A stretch of DNA of 64,000 nucleotides, taken from positions 372,001-436,000 of the forward strand of contig JASTWF010000334.1 in assembly GCA_030390025.1 (NCBI GenBank), written 5' to 3'. The notes under the pieces are model-generated. The model searched no databases, had not been told where the DNA came from, and was given only the letters and a program-made list of their open reading frames with translations. The position numbers and the translations under genes are program-made. Positions 50,187 to 63,015 of this stretch are shown in pieces. Position 1 is the stretch's first letter, and every line of letters starts with the position of its first letter. The stretch comes from Squalus acanthias. Its lineage: Eukaryota.

Positions 50187-52796
50187 GACGGAGGAACGTA
50201 CACTGGGTGAAACACTGTAGCTAGAGGAACGTATACTGGGAGTAACAGTGCAGTTAGAGAAACGTACACTGGGTGTAACACTACAGATAGAGGAACGTAC
50301 ACAGGGTGTAACACAATAGATAGAGTAACATACACTGGCTGTAACACTGTAGATAGAGGACCGTACACTGGGTGAAACACTGTAGATAGAGGACCGTACA
50401 CTGGCTGTAACACTGCAGATAGAAGAACGTACACTGGGTGTAAGACTGTAGATAGAGGACCGTACACTGGGCGTAACACTGCAGTTAGAGGAACGTACAC
50501 TGGGTTTAACACTGTAGATAGAGGAACGTACACTGGGAGTAACACAGTAGTTAGAGGAACGTAAACTGGGTGTAACACTGTAGATAGAGGAACATACACT
50601 GGGTGTAACACTGTAGATAGAGGAACGTACACTGTGTGTAACACTGCAGAAAGAGGAATGAACACTGGGTGTAACACTGTAGATAGAAGAACGTACACTC
50701 GGTGGAACACTGTAGATTGAGGAAAGTACACTGGGTGTAACACTGTAGATAGGGGAACGTACACTGGGTGTTACACTGTAGATAGAGGAAAGTACACTGG
50801 GTGTAACACTGTAGATAGGGGAACATACACTGGGTGTTACACTGTAGATAGAGGAAAGTACACTGGGTGTAACACTGCAGATAGAGGAACGTAAACTGGG
50901 TGTAATACTGCAGATAGAGGAACGTACACTGGGTGTAACACTGCAGATAGAGGAACGTACACTGGGTGTAACACTGCAGATAGAGGAACGTACACTGGGT
51001 GTAACACTGCAGATAGAGGAACGTACACTGGGTGTAACACTGTAGATACAGGAATGTACACTGGGTGTAACACTGTAGATACAGGAATGTACACTGGGTG
51101 TAACACTGTAGATACAGGAATGTACACTGGGTGTAACACTGTAGATACAGGAATGTACACTGGGTGTAACACTGTAGATACAGGAACGTACACTGGGTGC
51201 AACACTGTAGATAGAGAAACGTACACTGGGTGTAACACTGTAGATAGAGGAACGTACACTGGGTGTAACAGTGTAGATAGAGGAACGTACACTGGGTGTA
51301 ACACTGCAGATAGAGGAACGTACACTGGGTGTAACATTGTAGATAGAGGAACGTACACTGGGTGAAACACTGTAGATAGAGGAACGTACACTGGGTGTAA
51401 CACTGTAGATAGAGGAACGTACACTGGGTGTAACACTGCAGATAGAGGAACGTACACTGGGTGTAACACTGTAGATAGAGGAACGTACACTGGGTGTAAC
51501 ACTGTAGATAGAGGAACGTACACTGGGTGTAACACTGTAGATAGAGGAACGTACACTGGGTGTAACACTGCAGATAGAGGAACGTACACTGGGTGTAACA
51601 CTGTAGATAGAGGAACGTACACTGGGTGTAACACTGTTGATAGAGGAACGTACACTGGGTGTAACACTGCAGATAGAGGAACGTACACTGAGTGTAACAC
51701 TGTAGATAGAGGAACGTACACTGGGTGTAACACTGTAGATAGAGGAACGCACACTGGGTGTAACACTGTAGATAGAGGAATGTACACTGGGTGTAACACT
51801 GTTGATAGAGGAACGTACACTGGGTGTAACACTGCAGATAGAGGAACGTACACTGGGTGTAACACTGTAGATAGAGGAATGTACACTGGGTGTAACACTG
51901 TTGATAGAGGAACGTACACTGGGTGTAACACTGCAGATAGAGGAACGTACACTGGGTGTAACACTGCAGATAACGGAACGTACACTGGGTGTAACACTGT
52001 TGATAGAGGAACGTACACTGGGTGTAACACTGTAGATAGGGGAACGTACACTGGGTGTAACACTGTAGATAGGGGAACGTACACTGGGTGTAACATTGTA
52101 GATAGAGGAACGTACACTGGGTGTAACACTGCAGATAGAGGAACGTACATTGGGTGAAACACTGTAGACAGAGGAACGTACACTGGGTGTAACACTGCAG
52201 ATAGAGGAACGTACACTGGGTGTAACACTGCAGATAGAGGAACGTACACTGGGTGAAACACTGTAGACAGAGGAACGTACACTGGGTGTAATACTGCAGA
52301 TAGAGGAACGTACACTGGGTGTAACACTGCAGACAGAGGAACGTACACTGGGTGTAACACTGCAGACAGAGGAACGTACACTGGGTGTAACACTGTAGAT
52401 AGAGGAACGTACACTGGGTGTAACACTGTAGATAGAGGAACGTACACTCGGTGTAACACTGTTGATAGAGGAACGTACACTGGGTGAAACACTGTAGACA
52501 GAGGAACGTACACTGGGTGTAATACTGTAGACAGAGGAACGTACACTGGGTGTAACACTGCAGATAGAGCAACGTACACTGGGTGTAACACTGTAGACAG
52601 AGGAACGTACACTGGGTGTAACACTGTAGATAGAGGAACGTACACTGGGTGTAACACTGTAGATAGAGGAACGTACACTGGGTGTAACACTGTAGAAAGA
52701 GGAACGTACACTGGGTGTAGCACTGCAGATAGGGGAACGTACACTGGGTGTGATACTCCAGTTAGGGGAACGTACACTGGGAGTAACACTGCAGAC

Positions 52797-54252
52797 TGTA
52801 GGGGGTGGTGTGTGGGGGTCAGGTTTACCTCTGACTCTGTGAGCGGTTCGAATCGCTCCCATGCCCCTGGTTCTAGACCTTGGATTTATTTGGGGGTTGT
52901 GAACAAAGATGCAGTAGAGATCAGGTTTTGATGAAAGACTTTTGACTTTTATTCAAGAAAAGGTAACAAACTTAAAACACACTTAATGCTTAAACACAGG
53001 TTGGGGAACACACGGTACAGGCGAGGGAGAAGAACCATATACAAAAAAAAACCTTATCCCTCCCAAATCCCACTGCCTAGCTAGGTTTGATTCGAGAAGA
53101 TCAGGGATAATGCTCACCAAATGACAGTTCTTGACAGTTGAGAGTTAGGGTTTAGAGTCTTTTGAGTAAAAGATTTCGTAAGGCCCTTTTTGCCGCGAGG
53201 TTTCCGATGGTCACTGAGGCGGTCGCTCTGGTCTCTTGAACTGCTGGCTTTCTTTGTTGTATTTCTTTCTGTTGAACTCTGCCTCTGTTTAAACTGTCTT
53301 CTTCCGAGCTGTGGAACTGCCTTCTTGCAGAACTGTGGAACTCCTTGCTGCTTCTTCCTTGCTTCTCCTGAACTCTGTAACTCCAGCCCTGACTTCTGCT
53401 GAAAACAGGCTTTTCGATTGAACTGCAGAACTGCCTTCTGTTGAACTTGAACTGTTTTTACTGTCTGATGGGCCTTCAATTATACTAAATTGAAGTGGCC
53501 TTATCTACCCCAAATCAAATCCCGGTCATTGTAAGACCTCGTTAACAGCAACGACTTTACTAGCGTGTTAACTGGTTTTGTAAATGTGTGAAGTGGTTTC
53601 CGGATAGCTCCATCCTGTCGATCTGTTGTTTAATCGGAGTTTGAATTGTCCTCATGTTTTGGGTTTCTTGACTGGGCCTAGGGCTTCTATCTTTCTGCAT
53701 GTCTTTAATGGGTTCTGTAAGTGTCAAATGTTTTTTTTTGGGATGGTTTGCATCCTGTCAATCTTCTTGGCTAATTGGTTTTTGATGGGATGATGGGCTG
53801 TGAAGCTGTGTACTGGACGTTTTATTGTTAGGAATTCTGTTTCGACCTGGGGATTTCAAAAGGGTCTTGGTTTATTCATTTTTTTGGATGTGTTTGTGAG
53901 GTTTGGGGTGAGGCTCTTCCTCCTTGGTTGGATTGCAGTGCAAACATCTCCCAGACAGCTTGGCTCGGTCCCAAAAATCAAAAGCTGTCCACTGCCTCAC
54001 CACACCCTTTCCTGCAGCCTGTGTTTCTGTGAATGCAGGTTTACCCAATGGCCCTTTTAAAAAGGTGTCTTATCATCAAAAAGTCATTTTCCTCAGGGTT
54101 TTTCTTCCCTGATCGTTAAAAATGTCCAAAACTGAGGTTTTGACCTCAAATTCCTTCATTTAGGCACCATCATTCCAAATTCGTGTTGAGATCCAAAACT
54201 AACGCCCTTTAGGGTTCTATTCGAGATTCTGGGGGATTTTACGAAGCCTACA
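52797..54252 (-). mobile_element. Solo LTR-like element, family Y, copy 2 (offset 4066 bp)
   Basis: Near-identical to 48731-50186, with the same flanking minisatellite variants. Confidence 0.75.
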
Positions 54253-57200
54253 GACAGAGGAACGTACACTGGGTGAAACACTGTAGCTAGAGGAACGTAT
54301 ACTGGGAGTAACAGTGCAGTTAGAGAAACGTACACTGGGTGTAACACTACAGATAGAGGAACGTACACAGGGTGTAACACAATAGATAGAGTAACATACA
54401 CTGGCTGTAACACTGTAGATAGAGGAACGTACACTGGCTGTAACACTGTAGATAGAGGACCGTACACTGGGTGAAACACTGTAGATAGAGGACCGTACAC
54501 TGGCTGTAACACTGCAGATAGAAGAACGTACACTGGGTGTAAGACTGTAGATAGAGGACCGTACACTGGGTGTAACACTGCAGTTAGAGGAACGTACACT
54601 GGGTTTAACACTGTAGATAGAGGAACGTACACTGGGAGTCACACAGTAGATAGAGGAACGTAAACTGGGTGTAACACTGTAGATAGAGGAACATACACTG
54701 GGTGTAACACTGTAGATAGAGGAACGTACACTGTGTGTAACACTGCAGAAAGAGGAATGAACACTGGGTGTAACACTGTAGATAGGGGAACATACACTGG
54801 GTGTTACACTGTAGATAGAGGAAAGTACACTGGGTGTAACACTGCAGATAGAGGAACGTAAACTGGGTGTAACACTGCAGATAGAGGAACGTACACTGGG
54901 TGTAACACTGCAGATAGAGGAACGTACACTGGGTGTAACACTGTAGATAGGGGAACGTACACTGGGTGTTACACTGTAGATAGAGGAAAGTACACTGGGT
55001 GTAACACTGTAGATAGGGGAACATACACTGGGTGTTACACTGTAGATAGAGGAAAGTACACTGGGTGTAACACTGCAGATAGAGGAACGTAAACTGGGTG
55101 TAACACTGCAGATAGAGGAACGTACACTGGGTGTAACACTGCAGATAGAGGAACGTACACTGGGTGTAACACTGCAGATAGAGGAACGTAAACTGGGTGT
55201 AACACTGCAGATAGAGGAACGTACACTGGGTGTAACACTGTAGATACAGGAATGTACACTGGGTGTATCACTGCAGATAGAGGAATGTACACTGTGTGTT
55301 ACAGTGTAGATAGAGGACCGTACACTGGGTGTAACACTGCAGATAGAGGAACGTACACTGTGTGTAACACTGTAGATACAGGAATGTACACTGGGTGTAA
55401 CACTGTAGATACAGGAATGTACACTGGGTGTAACACTGTAGATACAGGAATGTACACTGGGTGTAACACTGTAGATAGAGAAACGTACACTGAGTGTAAC
55501 ACTGTAGATAGAGGAACGTACACTGGGTGTAACACTGCAGATAGAGGAACGTACACTGGGTGCAACACTGTAGATAGAGAAACGTACACTGGGTGTAACA
55601 CTGTAGATAGAGGAACGTACACTGGGTGTAACAGTGTAGATAGAGGAACGTACACTGGGTGTAACACTGCAGATAGAGGAACGTACACTGGGTGTAACAT
55701 TGTAGATAGAGGAACGTACACTGGGTGAAACACTGTAGATAGAGGAACGTACACTGGGTGTAACACTGTAGATAGAGGAACGTACACTGGGTGTAACACT
55801 GCAGATAGAGGAACGTACACTGGGTGTAACACTGTAGATAGAGGAACGTACACTGGGTGTAACACTGTAGATAGAGGAACGTACACTGGGTGTAACACTG
55901 TAGATAGAGGAACGTACACTGGGTGTAACACTGCAGATAGAGGAACGTACACTGGGTGTAACACTGTAGATAGAGGAACGTACACTGGGTGTAACACTGT
56001 TGATAGAGGAACGTACACTGGGTGTAACACTGCAGATAGAGGAACGTACACTGAGTGTAACACTGTAGATAGAGGAACGTACACTGGGTGTAACACTGTA
56101 GATAGAGGAACGCACACTGGGTGTAACACTGTAGATAGAGGAATGTACACTGGGTGTAACACTGTTGATAGAGGAACGTACACTGGGTGTAACACTGCAG
56201 ATAGAGGAACGTACACTGGGTGTAACACTGTAGATAGAGGAATGTACACTGGGTGTAACACTGTTGATAGAGGAACGTACACTGGGTGTAACACTGCAGA
56301 TAGAGGAACGTACACTGGGTGTAACACTGCAGATAACGGAACGTACACTGGGTGTAACACTGTTGATAGAGGAACGTACACTGGGTGTAACACTGTAGAT
56401 AGGGGAACGTACACTGGGTGTAACACTGTAGATAGGGGAACGTACACTGGGTGTAACATTGTAGATAGAGGAACGTACACTGGGTGTAACACTGCAGATA
56501 GAGGAACGTACATTGGGTGAAACACTGTAGACAGAGGAACGTACACTGGGTGTAACACTGCAGATAGAGGAACGTACACTGGGTGTAACACTGCAGATAG
56601 AGGAACGTACACTGGGTGAAACACTGTAGACAGAGGAACGTACACTGGGTGTAACACTGTTGATAGAGGAACGTACACTGGGTGAAACACTGTAGACAGA
56701 GGAACGTACACTGGGTGTAACACTGTAGACAGAGGAACGTACACTGGGTGTAACACTGCAGATAGAGCAACGTACACTGGGTGTAACACTGTAGAGAGAG
56801 GAACGTACACTGGGTGTAACACTGTAGATAGAGGAACGTACACTGGGTGTAACACTGTAGATAGAGGAACGTACACTGGGTGTAACACTGTAGATAGAGG
56901 AACGTACACTGGGTGTAACACTGTAGATAGAAGAACGTACACTGGGTGTAACACTGTAGATAGAGGAACGTACACTGGGTGTAACACTGTAGATAGAGGA
57001 ACGTACACTGGGTGTAACACTGTAGATAGAGGAACGTACACTGGATGTAACACTGTAGACAGAGGAACGTACACTGGGTGTAACACTGCAGTTACAGGTC
57101 TGGAGCAGTGTTCCCAATGGGCTTCACTCTATTTGTACAACATTCACCAGAATGTTATTCATCGTACTTGCCTCTAGCCCTCACTTTACTGATGGTCCAA

Positions 57201-57412
57201 ACGTCCCACCCTGTTTCCCAGAGTTAAAATGATATAATGTGGACACGACTAATGGATGGAGAGGCAGGTAACATGAATGGATCACAGACACTGACTCAGA
57301 CAGATTGCTCCTTTGCAAATATTTCTATTGAAAGAGAAAGGATGAAATAATTACACAAACAGCAGCCTGATGCACTGATGGGAAAGTTTGGATTCAATTC
57401 TTCTTTTTTCAG

Positions 57413-57486
57413 GTTTACCCACCAATTGGAATGATGCGCCCTGTGATTTTCAATATCCTTACCTCTGCTCCTACAAACTCCACTGA
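57413..57486 (+). CDS. C-type lectin domain gene, terminal coding exon C: (G)LPTNWNDAPCDFQYPYLCSYKLH*
   Basis: Acceptor ttcttttttcag|. The phase-1 join with exon B completes GGT. Contains WND..C......LC and ends at TGA 57484-57486. Confidence 0.93.
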
Positions 57487-57606
57487 AGTGAGAAGACTCT
57501 GCCGATGCTCCACGGATCCTTTCCAGGAGTGGATTCAGTGCCTCGATTTGTTTGTAGCCGCAGTCACTGCCTGTGGTGACTGGACTGACTTAGTCTCTCA
57601 GCCAAT

Positions 57607-57612
57607 AATAAA
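57607..57612 (+). promoter_or_regulatory. Polyadenylation signal AATAAA of the lectin gene
   Basis: About 120 nt after the stop codon, followed by GT-rich sequence (tgtgtgtttg). Confidence 0.75.
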
Positions 57613-57667
57613 TGTAATTGCATCTTGAGCTGTGTGTTTGATGCTGTGTGAGTCTAGTTTATAGCAG

Positions 57668-60240
57668 CCTTAACTGGACCAGTCACATAAATACTGTGGC
57701 AACAAGAGCAGGTCAGAGGCTAGGTATTCTGCGGCGAGTGTCTCACCTCCTGACTCCCCAAAGCCTTTCCACCATCTACAAGGCACAAGTAAGGAGTGCG
57801 ATGGAATACTCTCCACTTGCCTGGATGAGTGCAGCTCCAACAAAACTCAAGAAGCTCGACACCATCCAGGACAAAGCAGCCTGCTCGATTCGCACCCCAT
57901 CCACCACCTTAAACATTTGCTCGCTCCACCAGCGGCGCACCGTGGCTGCAGTGTGTACCATCTACAAGATGCACTGCAGCAACTCGCCAAGGGTTCTTCG
58001 GCAGCACCTTCCAAACTCGCGACCTCTTCCACCTAGAAGGACAAGGGCAGCAGGCGCATGGGAACACCACCACCTCCAAGTTCCCCTCCAAGTCACACAC
58101 CATCCTGACTTAGAAGTATATCGCCGATCCTTCATCGTCGCTGGGTCAAAAGATAGGCAAAAATGAAAGGGAGGTGGGGTAGCATTGCTGGTTAAAGAGG
58201 GGATTAACACAATTGAAAGGAAGGATATTAGCTCTGATGATGTGGAATCTATATGGGTTGAACTGAGAAATAACAAGGGGCAGAAAACGTTAGTAGCAGT
58301 GATATATAGACCTCCAAACAGTAATGCGTAGGTTGGGGATGGCATTAAAAGGGAAATTAGAGAAGCGTGCAATAAGGGCACAGCAGTCATCATGGGTGAC
58401 TTTAATCTACATATAGATTGGGCTAACCAAATTAGTAACAATACTATGGAGGAGGAATTCCTGGAGTGTTTACGGGATAGTTTCCTGGACCAATAGGGAC
58501 TGAAGGCCGATAAATCCCCAGGGCCTGATAATCTACATCCTAGGGTACTTAAGGAAGTGGCCCTAGAAATAGTAGATGCATTGCTGATCATCTTCCAACA
58601 TTCGATGGAATCTGGAACAGTACCCATGGATTGGAGGGTAGCTAATGTTACCCCACTATTCAAAAAGGGTGGTAGAGAGAAAATGGGGAATTACAGACCG
58701 GTAAGCCTGACATCGGTAGTGGGGAAAATGCTAGAGTCCATTATAAAAGATGTAATAGCTGAGCACTTGAAAAACAGTGACAGGATCGGACAAAGTCAAC
58801 ATGGATTTACAAAAGGTAAATCATGCTTGACTAATCTATTCGAATTTTTTGAGGATGTAACTGGTAAAATAGATAAGGGAGAACCAGTGGATGTGGTGTA
58901 TTTGGACTTCCAAAGGACTTTTGATAAGGTCCCGCATAAGAGATTAGCGTGTAAAGTTAAGGCACATGGGATTGGGGGCAAGGTATTGACTTGGATAGAG
59001 AACTGGTTGGCAAACAGAAAGCAAAGAGTTGCAATAAACGCGTCTTTTTCCGAGTGGCAGGCAGTGACTAGTGGGGTACCGCAGGGATTGGTCCTTGGAC
59101 CCCAGCTATTCACAATATATATTAATATCTCCAAGTTTGCAGACGACACAAAACTGGGTGGGCGTGTGTGCTGCGAGGAGGATGCCGAGAAACTCCAGGA
59201 TGATTTGGACAGGTTGGGTGATTGGGCAGAAGCGTGGCAGATGCAATATAACGTGGATAAATGCGAGGTTATCCACTTTGGTGTCAAAAACAGAAAGGCA
59301 GATTATTATCTGAATGGCAATAGATTGGGAGAAGGGGAAGTGCAACGAGACCTGGGTGTCCTTGTGCACCAGTCGCTGAAGGTAAGCATGCAGGTGCAGC
59401 AGGCGGTTAAGAAGGCAAATGGTATGTTGGCCTTCATAGCGAGAGGGTTTGAGTACAGGAACAAGGATGTCTTGCTGCAGTTGTACAGGGCCTTGGTGAG
59501 ACCACACCTTGAGTACTGTGTGCAGTTTTGGTCACCTTATCTGAGGAAGGATGTTCTTGCCATGGAAGGAGTTCAACGAAGATTCACAAGGCTGATACCT
59601 GGGATGGCAGGAATGACGTATGAAGAAAGATTGGGTCGATTGGGCTTATACTCACTGGAGTTTAGAAGAATGAGAGGGGATCTCATTGAAACTTATAAAA
59701 TTCTGACAGGACAGGACAAACTAGATGCAGGAAGGATGTTCCCGATGGTCGGGGAGTCCAGAACCAGGGGTCACAGTCTAAGGATAAGGGATATGGCATT
59801 TAGGTCAGAAATGAGGAGGAATTTCTTCAGCCAGAGAGTGGTGAACCTGTGGAATTCTCTGCCACAGAAGGCAGTAGAGGCCAATTCATTAAATAGATTC
59901 AAGAAGGAGTTGGATATATTTCTTAAGGCTAAAGGGATCAAGGGATATGGGGAGAAAGCAGGGACAGGGTACTGCATTTGGATGATCAGACATGATCGCA
60001 TTGAATGGCGGAGCAGACTAGAGGGGCCGAATGGCCTACTCCTGCTCCTATCTTCTATGATTCTATGATTCTTTAAAATCCTGGAACTCCCTACCCAACA
60101 GCACTGTGGGAGTACCTTCATCACACGGACTGCAGCGGTTCAAGAAGGCAGCTCACCACCACCTTCTCAAGGGCAACTAGGGATGGGCAATAAATGCTGG
60201 CATTGCCAGCGACGCCCACATCCCATAAAATGAATTTAAA
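57668..60240 (+). mobile_element. Family-B LINE 3' end (57668-58152, ~60075-60240) interrupted by a CR1 (~58153-60072)
   Basis: gctgggtcaaaa|...|aaaatcctggaactcc restores the LINE. Peptide MEYSPLAWMSAAPT.LKKLDTIQDKA. Confidence 0.88.
58153..60072 (+). mobile_element. 5'-truncated CR1 with internal deletions; RT ORF 58557-60068
   Basis: YLDFQ, FADD. EN fragment fused to RT at ~58495. In-frame loss before ISKFADD. (ATTCTATG) tail. Confidence 0.92.
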
Positions 60241-60500
60241 AAAGCCTTCCTGTCCCACTGTAGCTTCTGACCCACCTCTTCACTCAATACTGCATTGGGG
60301 AGAAGGCGGCACAGACTTTGTAAAATTAACTTTCAATATCTGTGCCTTTTTGGTTTTAAAAAGACAAACTTTAAGGGATGAGATGAATTGAAATGAATGA
60401 ACTGGGAAATATTCCTGGAAGGATTCTGTGAATGGAAAATAGAAATGTTTTAAGCCTGAACAACTGTAGAATTGCAATTCAGACTCACTCTCATTATGCT

Positions 60501-62645
60501 GGCCGTGGAATTCAGCACCTTAACGCAGGTAGGTATGGCCGTTTAAAAAAAAACCTGGTATCCACCTCGTTTCCGCCCAATTCCAGCGCGGCCCACCCTG
60601 TTTACCATCTTGGTGTGGGCGATAACGTGGGCGGGACCTGCGTGCGCCGGCAGTATGCAGAGAAGGCAGTTTGTGACGTCAGTCAGTGTGTAACGCTGAT
60701 TTGACACACGACCTGCCATTTTCGACGTCGCCGCTCCATTTAATGTCCTCTCCCAAACATGCAAAACTGAACGCAACCCCCCACCAACACTATTTAAAGG
60801 GAAATATCCAACTTGCTGGTAAGTTGATTATTGCTCTTGTACTGGCTCTTGCAGAGTTTGTATGAATTCTGGGTTGCTGGAAGTGAGCAGGGAGTGCTGG
60901 TCGACATTTGTTAAAAGATGTATTCATTCATTGGATGTAGGCGTCACTGCCAAGGCCAGCATTTATTGCCCATCCTTTTATAAGGTAGTGGTGAGCTGCC
61001 TTCTTGAATCGTTGCAGTCCTTGTGGTGATACTTCTTTGCAGTTGTTTGTTAGAATGGCTTGCTAGGCCTATATAGAGGGCAGTTAAGAGTCAACCACAT
61101 TGCTGTGGGGCTGGAGTCACATATAGGCCAGACCAGGTAAGGACAGCAGATTTCCTTCCCTAATGGTCATCAGTGAACCAGATGGGTTTTTATGACAATC
61201 CGGTAGTTTCATGGTTACCAAGCTTTCTATTCCAGATATATTTAGTTAACTGAATTTAAATTCCCCAGCTGCCGTGGGATCGGAATTCTTGTCTCTGGAT
61301 CATTAAGCCAAGCCTCTGGATTGCTAGTCCAGTAATATAACCACTATGCTACCGTAGGTTGGGACAGTGCTGGCTGCTACTTGAAGGCCTCTGAATACAA
61401 CACTTGCTCCCAGTCATTGGGGGCTCTAGTTGCAGTCCCTCTCGCACTGCAGCATAACTGGGAGATGGAACAGAGGCAGCAAAGAAGACAAACTGCTGAC
61501 AGAGGAAGGAGGAGGAGGGGCAGGAGGGCTCTGAGCAGGAGGCAGTGGTGGAAGTACGAATGTTGTCATCCTCAGAGAGGACGGCAGTTTCGTGCTCCAC
61601 GGAGCCACTGGCGCTCTCTTGGGGCAGCACCTCAGCAATCCTAGTAATCTGTTGGAGAACAGATTGCTGGACTGCTGTGAGACCCTGCAAGCCCCTTTTC
61701 ACACTGGTAAACACAGCCATGATGGCAGCAGTCTGAGCTGCATGGCATCAAGCTGAGCTTTCATGTTAAATGTCTGAGCTCCCCCTGCAGCACTCAGACA
61801 TTGGGTCACTTCCGCTTGTGCTGCAATGGAAACTGAGACATCACCCATCAGATCCTGCCTCATGGTTGGCTCCACAAGTGCGCTAAGGGAGTTTCCCATC
61901 ACTTTCATCCTGGAAATCATGGGCTCCAAGCTCTGCGCAAAGCCCCGTGCAAGGTTGGAGCCAGACTCCTCCATGCTCCTTGACAGTGACAGCAGGCTCT
62001 CTGGCAGGCCTGCTAATGCACCAAACATTTCTATGTGCATGCCCATCATCCTTCTTCTGTAGGCCGCCCCATTGAAGTCCTCATCTGACTCCTCTGCAGC
62101 AGGACTTGTGTGCAACCTCACCCTCCAGGAAGCTGGCGCCTGCACTACCCTTCCCTCCTGCCCTGGATGCAGGCCACTTATGCCCGGTGACTCACCATGT
62201 GCAGATCCTGCCTCTATATTACCCTCTAAAGTACGCGCAATGCCTGTTTCTGAGCGGTGCCTGCGAGTGTCAGATCGAGTGACAGTGTCTCTTCTTCTCC
62301 ATCACTCTCCTCCTCTTTCTCTTCCTGCACAGACTGGGCTGGTTGGAGTTCTTGGGTATATGAAAGGCACAAGGGTAGGGTTGTGGTGAGTGGACGGGGG
62401 GAAAGCAAGATGTCCATGCTTACTACATCAGCTTGTAAGTGAGAAGTGATTGTGGGATGAGGGGAAGGTGGGATGTGAGAAGGAGGATTAGGTATGAGCA
62501 TAGCGTCATCATCAATGGTTTTAGCCTCGCTGATCACCACAGCCTCAGTGACGGCCCCTCCAATGATGTCTAGCACTGTCTCCTCCAGCTGGGTCAGGAT
62601 ATGCAGCCGTGCCTGTCCCACGCCTGTTAGCTGCTGCTGGCATCA
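60501..62645. mobile_element. Truncated Harbinger with Myb/SANT exon 2-3 remnants on -, carrying a nested SINE
   Basis: Terminus GGCCGTGGAATTC. Subterminal similarity to 30830-31100. Peptides similar to 26540-27560 (SGSVEHETAVLS.DD). Confidence 0.72.
60920..61355 (-). mobile_element. tRNA-derived SINE with family-B LINE tail
   Basis: Minus strand: A box TAGCATAGTGG, degenerate B box, core aaaaacccatctggttcact..gggaaggaaatctgc, tail ggactgcaacgattcaagaaggcagctcaccac..tgaatgaa. Confidence 0.8.
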
Positions 62646-63015
62646 GTGAAGGAAAATCCATTTTAAACATCCCTGACAACAAGAAGAACTTTATACAAAA
62701 GAGAACTTTTAATGATGGCTATACCACTTTAAAATGCAAGTTGAGAACAAAGAATATGGAGGAACATTTTTAACAGACATTACTCAGACAAAAAAAAGCA
62801 GTTGTAGCCAAGGACAAATCCGGGGTTGCTATGGATCCAGTGGAACCAACCAGCACTGTCTTAAGATAAGACCCTCATTAAACTGCAACAAGTGACACGC
62901 ATGATGAAGTGTCCCCACTAACCTTTGAACCAACCATGAACAACAAGGGGCAAAACCATGCTTGAATGAGCCAATCATTGAAGTTTACATGTGAACGCTA
63001 CAAGAAGAATGTTTT

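Larger units (their letters stand above)
45641..57094. repeat. 33-bp minisatellite, consensus GTACACTGGGTGTAACACTG(T/C)AGATAGAGGAAC, in four blocks (~45670-47643, 48152-48730, 50187-52796, 54253-57094)
   Basis: Direct tandem periodicity with point variants. Fills most of the last lectin intron. Confidence 0.98.

Noticed and set aside
48731..54252. LTR retrotransposon with a minisatellite as its internal region
   Set aside because: Both copies have the same left and right flanking variants, and no PBS, PPT or coding remnant is visible. Tandem duplication of one insertion explains it.
45641..57094. CRISPR-like array
   Set aside because: Head-to-tail repeats with no unique spacers, no cas genes, and a vertebrate context.
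45543..57117. Very long repetitive ORFs (500-966 aa; PVYVPLSTVLH, SVTPSVRSSIY, CYTQCTFLYLQ, TGCNTVDRGTY)
   Set aside because: By-product of a 33-bp (multiple of 3) stop-free unit that is open in four frames at once. It lies inside a lectin intron and shows no gene structure.
62650..63010. Possible Penelope RT fragment (GVAM-like motif)
   Set aside because: Too short and degenerate to support by eye.
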